A stretch of 64,000 bases of DNA from Phallusia mammillata (GCA_965637545.1 OZ281494.1:26536001-26600000), one strand, 5' to 3'. Positions 27,236 through 40,500 are shown, numbered from the stretch's first letter. Made by a program: numbers and translations. The notes: generated from the letters alone by a model not told the origin.

Positions 27236-29511
27236 GTTGTAAGCGCTTACACATAAATCAAAACATGTTTATATTATCACGTTTCGACACCCATGCAGCA
27301 CTGTTATAGAGATTAGGCAAATAGTATGACCACAATATGATAAAGATAAAGAAGGATAAAGAAATCGCTTTAAATTTAAGTTTGGCTACATTGTATTTTC
27401 GCAAAAAATTTGTTTGTTCTAGGACCGATGTAGAGGTTCAATGTTATTCCAAAGTTCGGTTCGATTTGCAGCATGGGTGTCTAGAAACGGAACTCTGAAA
27501 TACAATTGGGGTGGAAGTGAAAGAAACTATTATTATGCGTGTGGAGAAACTGGTAATCCGCTGTCATTTGTTTAAGCCTGCAAAAACCACCTTCTTTATA
27601 AATCTTGTAGTTTTTCCGTGTTTTTTGTTTGTTTGATCTTTTTCATTTCATTTTTCTGCATAATTTTTCACTTTAGTTTTTTGCTTGCACAAAAAATGCT
27701 GACGATCTTGCAGTGAAAAACTACACGTCGAAATAATGTTATAACACACTTAAACATTCCAATTTTACTCTAGCGCCTAGTTTTTGTGAGTGTAGTAACT
27801 GAATTTGTATTTTTCCTTATTGTAGGAACATGCATCGAAAATAGTCATAAATGCAACTGCGACCAGAACTCAAATAGCTTAACTACATCGGATGAAGGAT
27901 ATCTGACAAACAAAGATGATCTACCATGCAGTAACTGGAATGCATTTCGGAGATCTTGGGGACAGTGGCGAGTATGGTTGGCACACTCTGGGAAAACTTG
28001 AATGCTGGTAAAGACTTCTCCTTGCCAATGGTCAAATGAATGCATAAATTATTGCCATCTTGTGCACAAATTAATTTCGTATTGAAAGTAGGCTACTGTA
28101 ATAATGTAAAAACGTGTCTGGTGTCTTCTTTTCCAAAAAAAAAATGGTTACAAAGAGCCATCTTAACTTGTGGACAATCATATTGAAAAGAAAGTGTGCA
28201 GAACCGAACCGATGGCCTTAAACTTTTTCAAAAATATTTTGTAGATTGTAATGATTTTGTGTACAGCACAAAGTAAGAACGTGATAAAAAATAATGTACA
28301 ACTAAAAAACGAATTTTGCGTAAGTACGAGCATAAATGCATCGCTACCATTTGTATGTGGATGTGTATATATTGCAATGTTGCCTATCATACATTTTTGG
28401 TGCTGTAATTAAAATTGAGCATTTTACTTATGGTAGTACATTAGTAGTAGTACACTATGTACAAACTGTCTGCCTTTGCACGAATATTTAATGGAAACAA
28501 ATCAATGGAACAGACAAGAATTTGGAAGTCGAATTCTAGTGCGTGTTTTCAGTGTAGCCTATAGTTGTGCTAACTTTGCACTAAACACGGCATTTTGTGC
28601 ATGCTAGCCTTTTTTCAAAAATTTTCAATCAAAAGGCGAAAAAAAAATCAATTCAACTTTTTTCGTTTTTATTCTGGGGGTGAAAACTTTGACAAGTTTG
28701 AAGTCATCCACCGTTTTATTTAGACATATATATTTCACTTAAGTAATAGGCATCTTACTGTTGGGGTTTCATGTTTATGTACTTTGTTATGACACGATTA
28801 GGGGCCACGCGTAACCTTTAACTTCATTATTGCTGCGCATTGGAATTAAAAGTGCAAAAAAATCACACAGCATTTGTTTGACAACCTGCGACGTCAGTTA
28901 CAGCGATGTTATCTGCTGTTACCATTGCCAAAAGTGCGCTGACGACAGTGATAAGGAATCCACTTGATTAAACAAGAACATATACGTTGCAGGTAAAGCA
29001 TCCGGAAACCATATCATGTGTAATGTCGAGAATTTGGGCGCCACAGCATGTGATGTGACGTAGGTACAAGGTCGAGTGAGTTACGATGGCAAAACATGCC
29101 AAGAACAATCTTTAGCTATCAGATACCGCGTATAAGCAAGAAACGCAGTAACTGATAATGTGTGTAAAGGGTGTTTTTTGAAATGAGGAATAGTGTATGC
29201 CTTGCGTTATGTAAAAAGCATTATCTCCAAATAACTAGTTATTGCGCAAACCTGATGCATTTATGTACAATTTAATGTCACGAACAATTTCTGTACGACA
29301 AAAATGGACTGAAATACATTTGCTTGGTTTTCCAATTGCACTGCAGTGCATTTTGTCAATGAAACAAGCTAGTTGTTTCATACGAGTCATTTTTTGAATC
29401 GCAAAAGTAGTGACAAGGGTTCCAGAAACAATTTTTGCAGCTGTTTTAAGAAACGATCATTACCCTGCCGGAAACACAACTAAAATAGTGTTTCAAAATT
29501 GTGGTAAAAAC

Positions 29512-31718
29512 ATGTTTTGTCAGCTGCTAACACTGCTGTTTATAAGTCAAAGTGCATCTCAGGACTCTTCATCGACCGGTTGCAAAGGAAGCACAATTAT
29601 TCAGTATTTCGGAAGTGACCATTCATTGATTCAAGACCAGTTGCACCCAGTTGGTCCATCACGTCATGTAGCACCTGGGGCACCAGGAAAAAGAGGACCT
29701 GTTGGCGAAATGGGCCCAACCGGCCCTAAGGTAAATTAAATCATAAAATGCACGTCAAAATTTGTGATATTTTTAGTAGGGATGTTCAGCGTTATAACAA
29801 CATAAGTTATATTCTGTTTATCCTAATTCCTGTTTTAGGTTTGTGTAAAACAGCAAAGAATTGTTAACTTTGTTCATTTAATCACCGATAATGGTGGAGA
29901 GTGTTACCAATAAAATTTGAAAGCAGACTTAACCAAACCTGTAAAACCTAATTGTGTACTGGCAGGTGTATAAAGTAGTATCACGTTTAAAATAAAATAC
30001 AAAACTTGTTTGCGCTAATAAAAGTTTTAGCTACATTATATTAGCCTTAAATTTTGTGAAAGCTCTTATTTACGCTTGGGTTTGAGCATCACTTAAATGC
30101 TTTTCGGACTTTGTTCATTCAGACTTCACTAAAGATTGTTAGGCATTTTATCAAAAAATAATAATTTAATTTGTTTGATTGGCAGGGTGATAGGGGAACC
30201 AAAGGTCAAAAGGGAGAACCTGCCCTTTCTTCGACAATCCTGGAATTGAAAAGAGCAGTTCACGAATTAGAAAACTCAGGTATGGTTAAGATTTGCAACC
30301 GTTTTGGTAATCTAAATTTACCAGGTGTAATGGTCCTAAGCGAATCAAAACGAATATCAGTTGCGATCAGTCCCCATCTCAGGCACTAATCCAACTTGAA
30401 ACAAACATTGATTTGAATGTATAATAAAGACGGAATGCACAAAAGTTTAATTAATGTAATACTATGATCCCTGCAGAAGATTTTTTTAAAGTATAATGTA
30501 CCTCACATTTTTTCAGTCATGAGAATGACATCGATTGGGCACGACAGCGAGTCTGAAATTGAGGCAGGTAACTGCGATCCAGCAAGATGTTACAAAAGAG
30601 CGGTAACATACACCACTAGCATGGAAAACATTGTTCGTCTTATTAGTTCATCTCAACACTGCAGACAATTTATCAAGGTATTTGGGAAAATCCTTTATTA
30701 TCTACCACTATGTAAATCCGCAGGAAATGTTTGGGTCATATTTGGTTTAGTATTTTTGGCTGTAGGTTAGTACATGCGTTTCACGCTGCGGTTGAAGGAA
30801 TACATTTTCGTGGCACGTAACTAAACAATGAATTAGTCTGGCAGGTTAAACCATCTTCCAGTAAGTAAAACTTGTAAGAAAATTGCAAAAAGACCATTTT
30901 TTATTTTTTCGAAAGCAAAGACGCCACATTTTTTCACTAACATAGGCTATTTTAATGTCGGGACATTTCCAATAAACCGTGTGTTTTAAAGATTGGAGGG
31001 TAAATAAAGATTTTGTACAAATGTGTGCAAAACAAACACAAACGTTGTATTATATACAATAGCCACAACCCTTAAAACCAATTAGCGCCTTGTAAAAAGG
31101 GCAGAATATGTAAATAACACCTAAAACTTGAGTTTGGCCACATTGTGATTTCACAAACATTTTTTTTATAGTACCGGTGCCGAGGTTCCTTTCTATTTAG
31201 GAATGGAAATATTTTTGCAGCTTGGGTGTCTAGAAACGGAACCCTGAAATACAACTGGGGTGGAAGCGAAAGAAACTACTATTGTGCGTGTGGGGAAACT
31301 GGTGAGTCCGAGTCAATTATTTCAGCCTGCAGAAAATCACTTTCGTTATATATTGTGCTCTTCCCGTGTTTTTGACATTCTTCACATCCGTCTTTTGCTT
31401 GCACTAAAGCATGCTGACGACCTTGCAGTAAAAAACCACACGTCGAAATAATTTTTAACCCACTTAAAGATTCCAATTTTGGTCTAGCGCCTAGTTTGTG
31501 TGATTGTAGTGTTTGAATTTGCATTTTTCTTTGTTGCAGGAACATGCATTGACAATAGTCACAAATGTAACTGCGACCAAAACTCAGGTAGTATAACTAC
31601 ATCGGATGAAGGATATCTGACAAACAAAGCTGATCTACCAGTAACTGGAATGCATTTTGGAGACCTTGACGGTGGCGAGTATGGTTGGCACACTCTGGGG
31701 AAACTTGAATGCTGGTAA
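29512..31718 (+). CDS. Paralogue G: intact 5-exon form (260 aa)
   Basis: Exons 29512-29730, 30186-30279, 30517-30677, 31172-31301, 31540-31718 (783 nt, open frame). Confidence 0.9.
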
Positions 31719-32367
31719 AGTCATCTTCTCATTGCCAATGTTCGAATAAATGCATGAATTATTGTCATCTTGTGCACAGATTAATTTTCCTCAAAAGTAG
31801 TGTAATAATGTGAAAACGTGTCTGGTTTCTTCTTTTCACCAAAAAAAATCGTTGCAAAGAGTCATCTTAACTTGTTGACAATCGTATTGAAAAGAAAGTG
31901 TGCAGAACCGAACCGATCGCCTTAAACTTTTTCAAAAATGTTTTGTACATTGTAATGATTTTGTATACAGAAACAATGTAAGAACGTGATAAAATATATA
32001 TGCACAACTAAAAAACGAATCGAGCATAAATGCATGGCTACCATTTGTATGTGGATGTATATATATTGCAATGTTGCCTATCATACATTTTTGGTGCTGT
32101 AATTAAAATTGAGCAATTTACTTATGGTAGTACATTAGTAGTAGTACACTATGTACAAACTGTCTGCCTTTGCACGAATATTTAATGGAAACAAATCAAT
32201 AGAACAGTCAAGAATTTGGAAGTCGAATTCTAGTGCGTGTTTTCAGTGTAGCCTATAGTTGTGCTAACTTTGCACTGAACACGGCATTTTGTGCATGCTA
32301 GCCTTTGGCTGCTAATAACAAATTTGGCGAATCCTCCTCTTTCTGAGTAAGACAACAAATGAACCAC

Positions 32368-32693
32368 GGTAGAGCTACTAACACGATACGTTTCTCCTGA
32401 TCCAAAAGTGCTTAATTTTCGATAGGTGGCGTAAAGAGCTGAATTATTTATTTAGCGGCTGTAAATGGGCAGGGTTAGGAAATATTTACATAAAATTTTT
32501 ACATTAGTAACTAATTTTTTGGGTTAGTTTTATTGAATTTTAAGTGCTAATACCTTACCCCAACCCTAATAGCCCTAACCGTTAGCATTTTTTGAGATAT
32601 ACCGTTTTAAATGAAAAAAGTGCTCTTTGCGCCACCTGTCGAAAATTAAGCACTTTTGGATCAGGAGAAACGTATCGTGTTAGCAGCTCTACC
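32368..32693. mobile_element. MITE with ~64-bp TIRs and 9-bp TSD (Merlin- or MULE-like)
   Basis: TIR ggtagagctactaacacgatacgtttctcctgatccaaaagtgcttaattttcgataggtggcg (2 mismatches), TSD atgaaccac on both sides. Superfamily inferred from GG ends and 9-bp TSD. Confidence 0.85.
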
Positions 32694-34170
32694 ATGAACC
32701 ACAGTGTAACATCGTAAATCACTCAACCGTAACCTACGTCACATCTTGTATGGTGTGATTGCACCATAGATTACTTATGATAGATTGCCAGCGATTGTCT
32801 TCGTCACGGTTGAGTAACACTTTATTTTTGCATGTGTAACATGCAGACATCGTACGAAAAGAGTAAACAGTGATCAATACGTCAGGTATTTGGCAAGATT
32901 TACCACTGGAAGTAAGTAACGACCTTCTTATGGTTGACTTTGAACCAGACGACGATGAGTCTGAAATGTTTTGTACAGTCAAAATTCCGCCGAACAATTC
33001 TGTAAGAAATCTTGGCAAAAATGGAAGCCAACATTGAACTAACTTCTCACGGATATAAAGTCTTGGGAGAGTGGAATAAAAAATTTGAAAAAAATAACAA
33101 CCCCAACGTTCTCTACACGGAGTGTGCGCGATGTTGCGGAAACGCACTAAGCTTTTTTAAAACTGATTTGCCCAACAGACATGCGGGCAAATTTCTTTTA
33201 GACATAAAAGTTATAAAACGTCTGGTAGATAGCGCACCGACTTAAAAAAATCTGCCAACAGTGTTCAAATATGTAATTTGAAAATAAAATACAAAAATTC
33301 ATGTTTGATGTGTTTATTTATTTTGAACATTTTGGCATTGGTTCTTCACACAAATGTGTCCAGGCATTGACTGAACCATGTGTTGTATTGCCTTCCTTAA
33401 TTTTTTTATAACTTTTCTTTGGTTGATGTTTTGAACAATGTAGCCAAATTGATTGACATCTGGATTTGTCATTCTTCTACACATCTCTCTCTATAAATAA
33501 AGGTCTTAAAATGTATATGCTGCTGGAAATGTATTTTTTAACACTTACGGAGTTTCCAAAAAATGCTTCCAAGCAATCCTGCGTAAAACTTCCCAAGCAA
33601 ACGTATGAAATAGAATTAAGTAAGTCTTCGTCATTTCAAATAAGTTTAGAGTCGTAAATAAGTCCTTCAAAAGTAGGAAGAGCCAATATCCTCTTAAATT
33701 CACCTTTATGGTTTGTATCGACACAATCCTAAAAAGCAACAACTTTTGTAAATAGTGCAATACCTGTAGCTTCTAATAGTGGATGGAGATGGGAGGAAAA
33801 CCATTTTGCTTGTACGAACATGATCATATGCAGCAGGGGACCTAAGTTCTATTGCCAATCGAATAAAGTCTGTATGATAACCATGTGCATATGGTAGAAC
33901 ATCTCTGTTGTGCAGCTGGTTTTAATGCATCATTTTAAGCCACTCATTTAACTTCTAAAATGACACAGCAACCTTAATATGTGTGCAAATTAATGATACA
34001 AAACACACTCACAGGTTCTGTTTGTTCATATGACTTCAGCTCTTCCCCTTCAAGATTAACTACATTAGCTTCTTGTTCACATTGAAATTGTGTGCATGCA
34101 TCACATTGATTAGTTACCGCTGTTTAAATATGTATGGAAAATAATTACAAAAAATGCCATAGTTTTGCAC

Positions 34171-35714
34171 TATGGGGCGCCGTTGTCGAATAAATTAAGT
34201 TGCCGCAAGATAGCTAAGTTGCAGCAAGATAGCTAACCTGCAACGAAACATAGCTAACTTGCAGCAAGTTAGCTAACTTGCAACGCTAAGTTGCGGCAAG
34301 ATGGCTAACTTGCAACGCTAAGTTGCGGCAAGATAGCTAACTTGCGACGCTAAGTTGCCGCAACTTAGCTAACTTGCAACGCTAAGTTGCGGCAAGATAG
34401 CTAACTTGCGACGCTAAGTTGCCGCAACTTAGCTAACTTGCGACGCTAAGTTGCGGCAGGATAGCTAACTTGCGACGCTAAGTTGCGGCAAGATAGCTTT
34501 CTTGCGTCGCAAGTTACCCGGTGCATTGTGGGACATCTCCATACATTTAGATATGAATTTCCCACAATGCACCGGGTAACTTGCGACGCTAAGTTGCCGC
34601 AACTTAGCTAACTTGCGACGCTAAGTTGCCGCAACTTAGCTAACTTGCAACACTAAGTTGCGGCAAGATAGCTATCTTGCGTCGCAAGTTACCCGGTGCA
34701 TTGTGGGAAACTGAAACTGGTTCCAGCAACGTGGTTGTAATACCCGCGAAATATGATGTTTAATCCTTTTGCTCATTCATATCGTTTCATTGCACTTGAG
34801 TGCGTATGTATTCTGCTATAAATACATAATAATAGCGGTTTGGATTGTATGATGGAATCCAACGATAAATACGTGCAATTAGACTTGCAAGAAGTTGTAA
34901 ATCAGTTGACTTCAGTTGTTACTACACTATCAAGGCAACAAACCGGACGCGTTAGTGCTAATACTTGTAGAACTCTTACTGGACAATCAACTTCCAGGAG
35001 TGGACAGGTGCATCACCAGGGGACAAGGCAGACAAATAATGTATGTAAAATCACATGCTATAGATTGCTAAGCATGTTTGTATCTGTTTATACCTGGGGT
35101 TCCTGCGCCAAAATGCTTTTGCTTTATATGATATTTGTGATGTATTGGCAGAATCCAACTTTTGATAATGACAAAAATGAACCAAGTCATTCCACTCTAA
35201 CCGATAGTGATGATGAATTTCAACCTGTAAGCTTGCATGTTTACATTTGTATTTGGATACATGTAAAAAATATTATACATGGTTTTTGCCTGTTTCGATA
35301 GGAGCGAAAGAAAGTTTTCCGTCCATTTAATTCATACACAGGAAAAAGATACACACCAACTGCAATCAAAGGAGGTCGTAAACTATCTCTTAAAAATAAA
35401 CAAAAACAACGGTACTGTTCAAGGACTGTGGTGTGCATACCACTTCAAGAGTTTTCCCAAACAATACAAATAATGAATGGTGAATGGTTTATGGCTATAC
35501 CAAGATGCCAAAACAAATTAAAAACAATGGGTTTGCACCATGTTTTGCAAATTAACAATGCATGGAACATGACTGAAATGAAAACAGCAATCATCAACGC
35601 TTTTGGAGAATGCTTTTTGCAAGTTTTTTGTTTGTTTTCAAAACGGCCTTAAGGCGCCGTTGTCGAAAAAATTAAGTTGCGGCAACTTAATTTTTTCGAC
35701 AACGGCGCCCCATA
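34171..35714 (+). mobile_element. TIR element with TAT..ATA ends and 6-bp TSD (IS3EU-like by terminal signature) nested in the P-like element
   Basis: TIR tatggggcgccgttgtcgaa(t/a)aaattaagttgccgc, TSD ttgcac on both sides. Carries an apparently spliced ORF remnant (34852-35620). Superfamily call rests only on recalled terminal/TSD signature. Confidence 0.7.
34196..34710. repeat. Subterminal array of ~31-bp repeats in both orientations
   Basis: Repeats of gctaacttgcgacgctaagttgcggcaagata and variants, plus an internal palindrome ccggtgcattgtggga..tcccacaatgcaccgg. Confidence 0.9.
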
Positions 35715-37452
35715 TTGCACAATGGTACAAATTTATTATACCTGAAACTTTACAATTGGGGGATTGAACAATGGTGGTTTCCACAAGTTTGTCACAATTC
35801 CAATAAATTAGCAGATGCAGGTTTGTGTTGAAACTAGTTTGTGCAACTCCAAGGAAAGATTTAGATTCTCTAATTTGCCTAAAACAATGTAACATTGAAA
35901 TTGTATTACTTTCTGTATTAAAATAATAAGACCAACATTTTACACACCCAAAGTAGTGCACAATGATTCATGCATACTATGAACATCCAGTCTTTTAACA
36001 TCAACTTTCCAACCTGACATTGAAACTTCTGTAATATTTGCTGACTTTTCTGTAATATTTGCTGACCTTTTGCACATGAATATATTTACACCACTGAGAG
36101 AATCATTTCACTGCAATGTGTAAAAACCTTATAGCTGGAACTAAGTTGCCATTTTTGAGGTCTGCAGTCAGCTGCTCCCTACTCCTATAAAATACACTTG
36201 TCTGCAAATCAGTAAAATGTGTCATGCATATTTTACTGAACATTGATAAAAAAGAAACAAGATATACCATGGAAAGCACCAGACAATTTCGCAGCTGTCT
36301 TTTCCAAGTCCTGCAAACACTTGTACAACCTCTTTTCAAGTAACTTATTTTTGACTGTTGCTTTTCTTTTGTTTGCTATGGTTTGTACAAACTGCTTGTT
36401 TTTGGAAGGTTTTTGCATGGCAAAGCTCCCAGTTTCAAACTTTTTCTGCTACCTCTTTGTACCACATCATCTTCATTAAAATGAAGTTCACATATAGCAG
36501 CACTGAAATTGGAAAATGTACATTATGCAAGCACAGTCATACATGACAAAACAACTATAACTTGCGATTTAGGAATATCGCATGGACAACAAAAAACGTT
36601 TAAGCTGCCCTCAAAGTGCCCCTCTTTCGCAGTTTTCGCTAATTCTGGCCTTCTGATGGTAAAAAGCGTTTTCCTTTCATTTTTTCGAAGAGACTGATTG
36701 CATTTTGGTACAGCGGGGTGCCATTTCAATCAAGAAACTGCAATGCGACAAACGAGCGATTCAGCACAACGTAAAGGCTTATTCAACCATGACCGACGTG
36801 ACGTAACAATTGGTTGGCGTTCTATGTTTAGTATTCTATGATTGCACCACAATGCCAGAATCCCCTATGACGTAACAATATCATTGTAGTTTATTTCTCT
36901 ATGCTGTGCTTTTGGCCATTTAGTATTGAGTTTAGTTTGAACCACGTGTAGTTCGTTAGTTGCTGACTTGAATTTGCAGCCGTTAGATAAAGTAATGAAA
37001 GTGACTAATTATAATTTGTTTGTCATTAATAGATGGTAGTGCTTTATAAACTTAAAAACTCTGACGAAAAGGAATAATGTTGCCTTTGCAAGGTAAGCTT
37101 GATTTGCATTTTAGTTGCCCGACTTGCCGTACATTTCAATTATCGTTTTTCATGTGTGTAGAATGCTTTCTGACGATTTCAAGATATTTGATAGGCTACC
37201 CTGGTCCAAAACTCTGGTAAGCTTTATTTCTGCCGGCATAAAATTAATTTCTGTTTCCCATTTTTGAGTGAATGTTCTCTTTGCAGAAAACCGTGATCGT
37301 GATCGTGTCGTGTCTACCGTGAACGTGACGTGATTACCGTGTCGTGTTGAACCGTGTTGACGTGTAAAATAAATTCACGCGTTTCCAGAAATTGGACTTC
37401 TCTAGTGTGACGCCAGCGCGGTACCAGGCGCGCAAATTCCTGACGTTACATT

Positions 37453-37540
37453 AAAGTTTTCAGAGTTTGCTGAAAATAAAGTTTTCAGAGTTTGCTGAAA
37501 ATAAAGTTTTCAGAGTTTTCTGAAAATAAAGATTCCAGAG
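37453..37540 (+). repeat. 3.5 x 25-bp tandem hairpin repeat at the PBS position
   Basis: AAAGTTTTCAGAGTTTGCTGAAAAT x3 starting 3 nt after the 5' LTR end. Each unit contains TTTTCAG..CTGAAAA. Confidence 0.9.
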
Positions 37541-37566
37541 TTATCTATAAAGTGAATTTCGCCACG

Positions 37567-40500
37567 ATGGCTGAAGATTTGGAAAAGACACCGTCTCCGA
37601 TGGAATCGCCGGTGCCTACACGTTTGAGACCATTTGCTGCACAACCGGTCCCAATCTACGCCGATGTGCAGATAAATTGAATAGCTGGTATGTTGTGGCT
37701 GAAACTGGCATTCTAAATAAAGAGCACTCCACGTTGCGAGTGGCTCAAAAACAAATTGACGAAAACTACACGATACTTCACAGTATGTACGATGCATTTA
37801 TTAATTCATGTAACGACCCAGAGAAACTTGCTGCTTCCAAAGAAGATTTAAAATCTCTTGAACACAGCAAACTTGAATTCGAAAATAGAGTATCAGAGCT
37901 ACCGCCTTCCAAAATGCCTGACTCACTGCCAGAACTTGTGCTAAGTCCGCAGTTCAGGGCCCCTACTGTTGTCTCTAATAGGACATCACGGTCTGGCCGC
38001 TCACGTATATCTAGCGCGAGCACATTCGCTTCTGCGAGAAGTCGCCGAGAGGCTAAGGTAGAGCCGGAGCTGGCATTACTTCGCCTCAAACAAGTCGATG
38101 AGGAAAACGAGCTTGCCAAGCGCGAAGCTCTAGGAATTGAAGAGCAGCGACAAATTGCGCTGGAAAGGAAGGAAAAACAGAGAATAGCAGAGCTAGAACA
38201 GATTGCACTACGAGCGGAAAGGCGCAAACTACAGGCAAAATACGAGTTTCAGGCTGCCGACGCTAGAGCTAGAATCCTAAATGAAGACGACGATGGTTTA
38301 TCACAAATGGACAAAAGGTCCAACGACGATCAGGCTCCAGACGTAGTGACGGTTTTTCCGGATGATGCCTCCAATGACGGTCTCATGACGTCCTCTTCTG
38401 CTAGGAACTGTACGTTTCCTATCCGAGATAGAGAAGAACCACAGGAAAGAATGCGTCCTAATGTACGTGTTCCTGTGACTAAAACCCATTCAGTTGTTAA
38501 AGTGAACGAAGAAAACCCAGCTGTGCTTCCATGCATAGTGAAGGCAGTTGGAGAGGGCATGAGTATGCCGAAGCCCGATCACATGACGTTCTCGGGCAAT
38601 CCTACAGATTATTGGATGTTTGTACGCTACTTTGAATCAAATCTCGAATGCAAAACACGAAGCGATGATATACGACTAACACTGCTTATAAACCAGTGCA
38701 AAGGAAAAGCGAGGTCTTTAATTGCACATTGCTCTGTTCTAGATACGGAAGAAGGTTATACCAAGGCAAGAAGCATTCTTTATGGGAACTTCGGTAAGCC
38801 CTGCATAGTTGCTAGAGGTTTTGTTGAAGAGTTAACTTAGGGTCCGAACTTAAAACCGGACGATGCTACTGGTATGCGCACTTATGCGCAGACTATGAGG
38901 AAATGTCTGCTGGTACTTCGCCACCTAGGGAATTTTGCTGATCTTAACACAGTTGACCGTTTAGTGGCTCTTGCCAATAGGCTCCCGTACGAGTCGCAAA
39001 AGCTTTGGCGCCGCCGAGTCGCGCAGACTGTAAGGAAAACTGGAAGAGAAGCGGATTTTGCCGATCTCGTTGAGTTCGTCGAAGAAGAGTCTGCCGTTGT
39101 AAATAATTTACCTGGTCAATTGTGTGTTTTCCGTGTCACCAATAAGCTGCCCGTGTTGTAAACGAAATCACGTGTTGGAAAGATGTGAAGTGTTCGGCAG
39201 AAAGTCCACGGTGCAGAGAAGAGAGTTTTGAAGAGATAAGTTTATGTGCTTTAACTGTTTTGGTTATCGACATACGCCAAGGGTGTGTACCCAGCCCAGT
39301 GCCTGTACTGTGAGAGGTTGCAACCTTTCACACCACACGTTGCTACATGAAAATATGCAAAATTCCGTGCGTTCCCGGACATACGCACATGCTCCTGAGA
39401 GATACAACGGAGCTCCGCGCAGCGAACCTCCTAATGGACAGACATCAAGTTCTACAGCCAGGTGCAACGCGATAAAGAACTGTCATTCATCGTACTTTTC
39501 TGTTATTCCAGTAAAAATTCGGTCGAACGGTCAGGAGATCATAACGTACGCGTTCCTCGACCAAGGGTCTGACACAAGCTTCTATGACAAAAGGTTGGCA
39601 GATCTGCTTCCAATAAGTGGAAGACCAAAACAAGTTACGATGTCCAGCGTCGGAAGAAGACCGGCGAACTATAGCGGAATAAGCGCAAGTTTTAGCGTTT
39701 TGTCACTAGATGAAAATGAAGAGATTAGTGTCGACAACGCTCTGTCCATCGACACCATACCGGTTGAGCCAAATCCGACGCCAACGAAGTCAGAGGTGAA
39801 CAGGTTTCCACACCTCCAGGGTTTGGAATTTCCTGAGTTGGACGAAGGAGAGGTGCTTCTACTTATCGGCACTGACGTCCCATATGCACATAGAGTACTG
39901 GAAATGAGAACAGGGGAACGCATGCAAGCAACCCTTTGCTGCGAGAACCCCGCTTGGATGGTCGCTTGTTGGCCCATCCGTCTGCTATCCTGCTGTTGAT
40001 AATATTTCGGTAAACTTCTTTAGAAGCAAAGAGACCCAGGAACTAAGCGGTGATTGTTGGATGGACGAATTTATGCAAGACCCGAACGACTTGCCCTTTC
40101 CTACGTCAGTTGAAGATCGAAAGGTGCTACGCATGATGAAGAGCTCAGTGAAACACACGGACGGACATTTTTGTTTGCCTCTTCCGTGGCGAAGTGATGT
40201 TACCTTACCGCAAGACGGCCGTCACATGACTGAGCGACGGCTCTGGTCGCTGAAGAAACGCTTTTCGCGCGATGTCTCTCTTAAAGACAAGTGCAAGACT
40301 ACATTGATGAGGGATACGCAGAAGAAGTTACAAATGAAGAAGCCGAGGACGCTTCAGGCAAAACTCAATGGTATTTGCCGCATCATCCAGTTTGCCACCC
40401 GCGCAAACCCGAAAAGGTACGCATCGTTTTTGATTGCGCAGCGCAGCACAGAGGATTGTCTCTTAACGACGCATTGCTGCAAGGTCCCGATTTGGTTAAT

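Larger units (their letters stand above)
24712..28011 (+). pseudogene. Paralogue F: pseudogene
   Basis: Exons 24712-25405 (split by MITE), 25859-25951 (1-nt deletion ggt-aaaaagga versus ggtcaaaaagga in E; GC donor), 26220-26371, 27423-27552 (conserved Cys to Tyr), 27826-28011 (4-nt insertion ctacca-tgca-gtaact). Confidence 0.88.
32765..36840 (-). mobile_element. P-element/THAP9-like DNA transposon (degenerate, internally deleted) nested in the 5' LTR
   Basis: Ends CATAGATTACT / AGTATTCTATG, 7-bp TSD attgcac; the empty site is shown by the 3' LTR. Minus-strand remnants: THAP-like MAPRC/VPKC..LF..P (from 36724), FIRLAIELRSPAAYDHVRTSKMVFLPSPSTIRSY (~33765-33870), LGSFTQDCLEAFFG (~33550-33600), NPDVNQF (~33445-33470). 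Confidence 0.82.

Noticed and set aside
29410-29511. N-terminal extension of G (and similar GTG/TTG-started extensions in the ORF track)
   Set aside because: Paralogue alignment and the signal peptide place the start at ATG 29512. The extensions are artefacts of alternative-start ORF calling.
3901-31718. Calling these genes CNTNAP2/neurexin-IV, ficolin or fibrillar collagen orthologues
   Set aside because: They lack the discoidin, laminin-G and transmembrane parts of Caspr, the head is not a canonical ficolin FBG, and the collagen is only about 10 triplets. No gene symbol is justified.
34196-34710. Possible CRISPR-like array
   Set aside because: Eukaryotic context, no unique spacers, repeats in both orientations, and it lies inside a TIR element. 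It is a subterminal repeat array.
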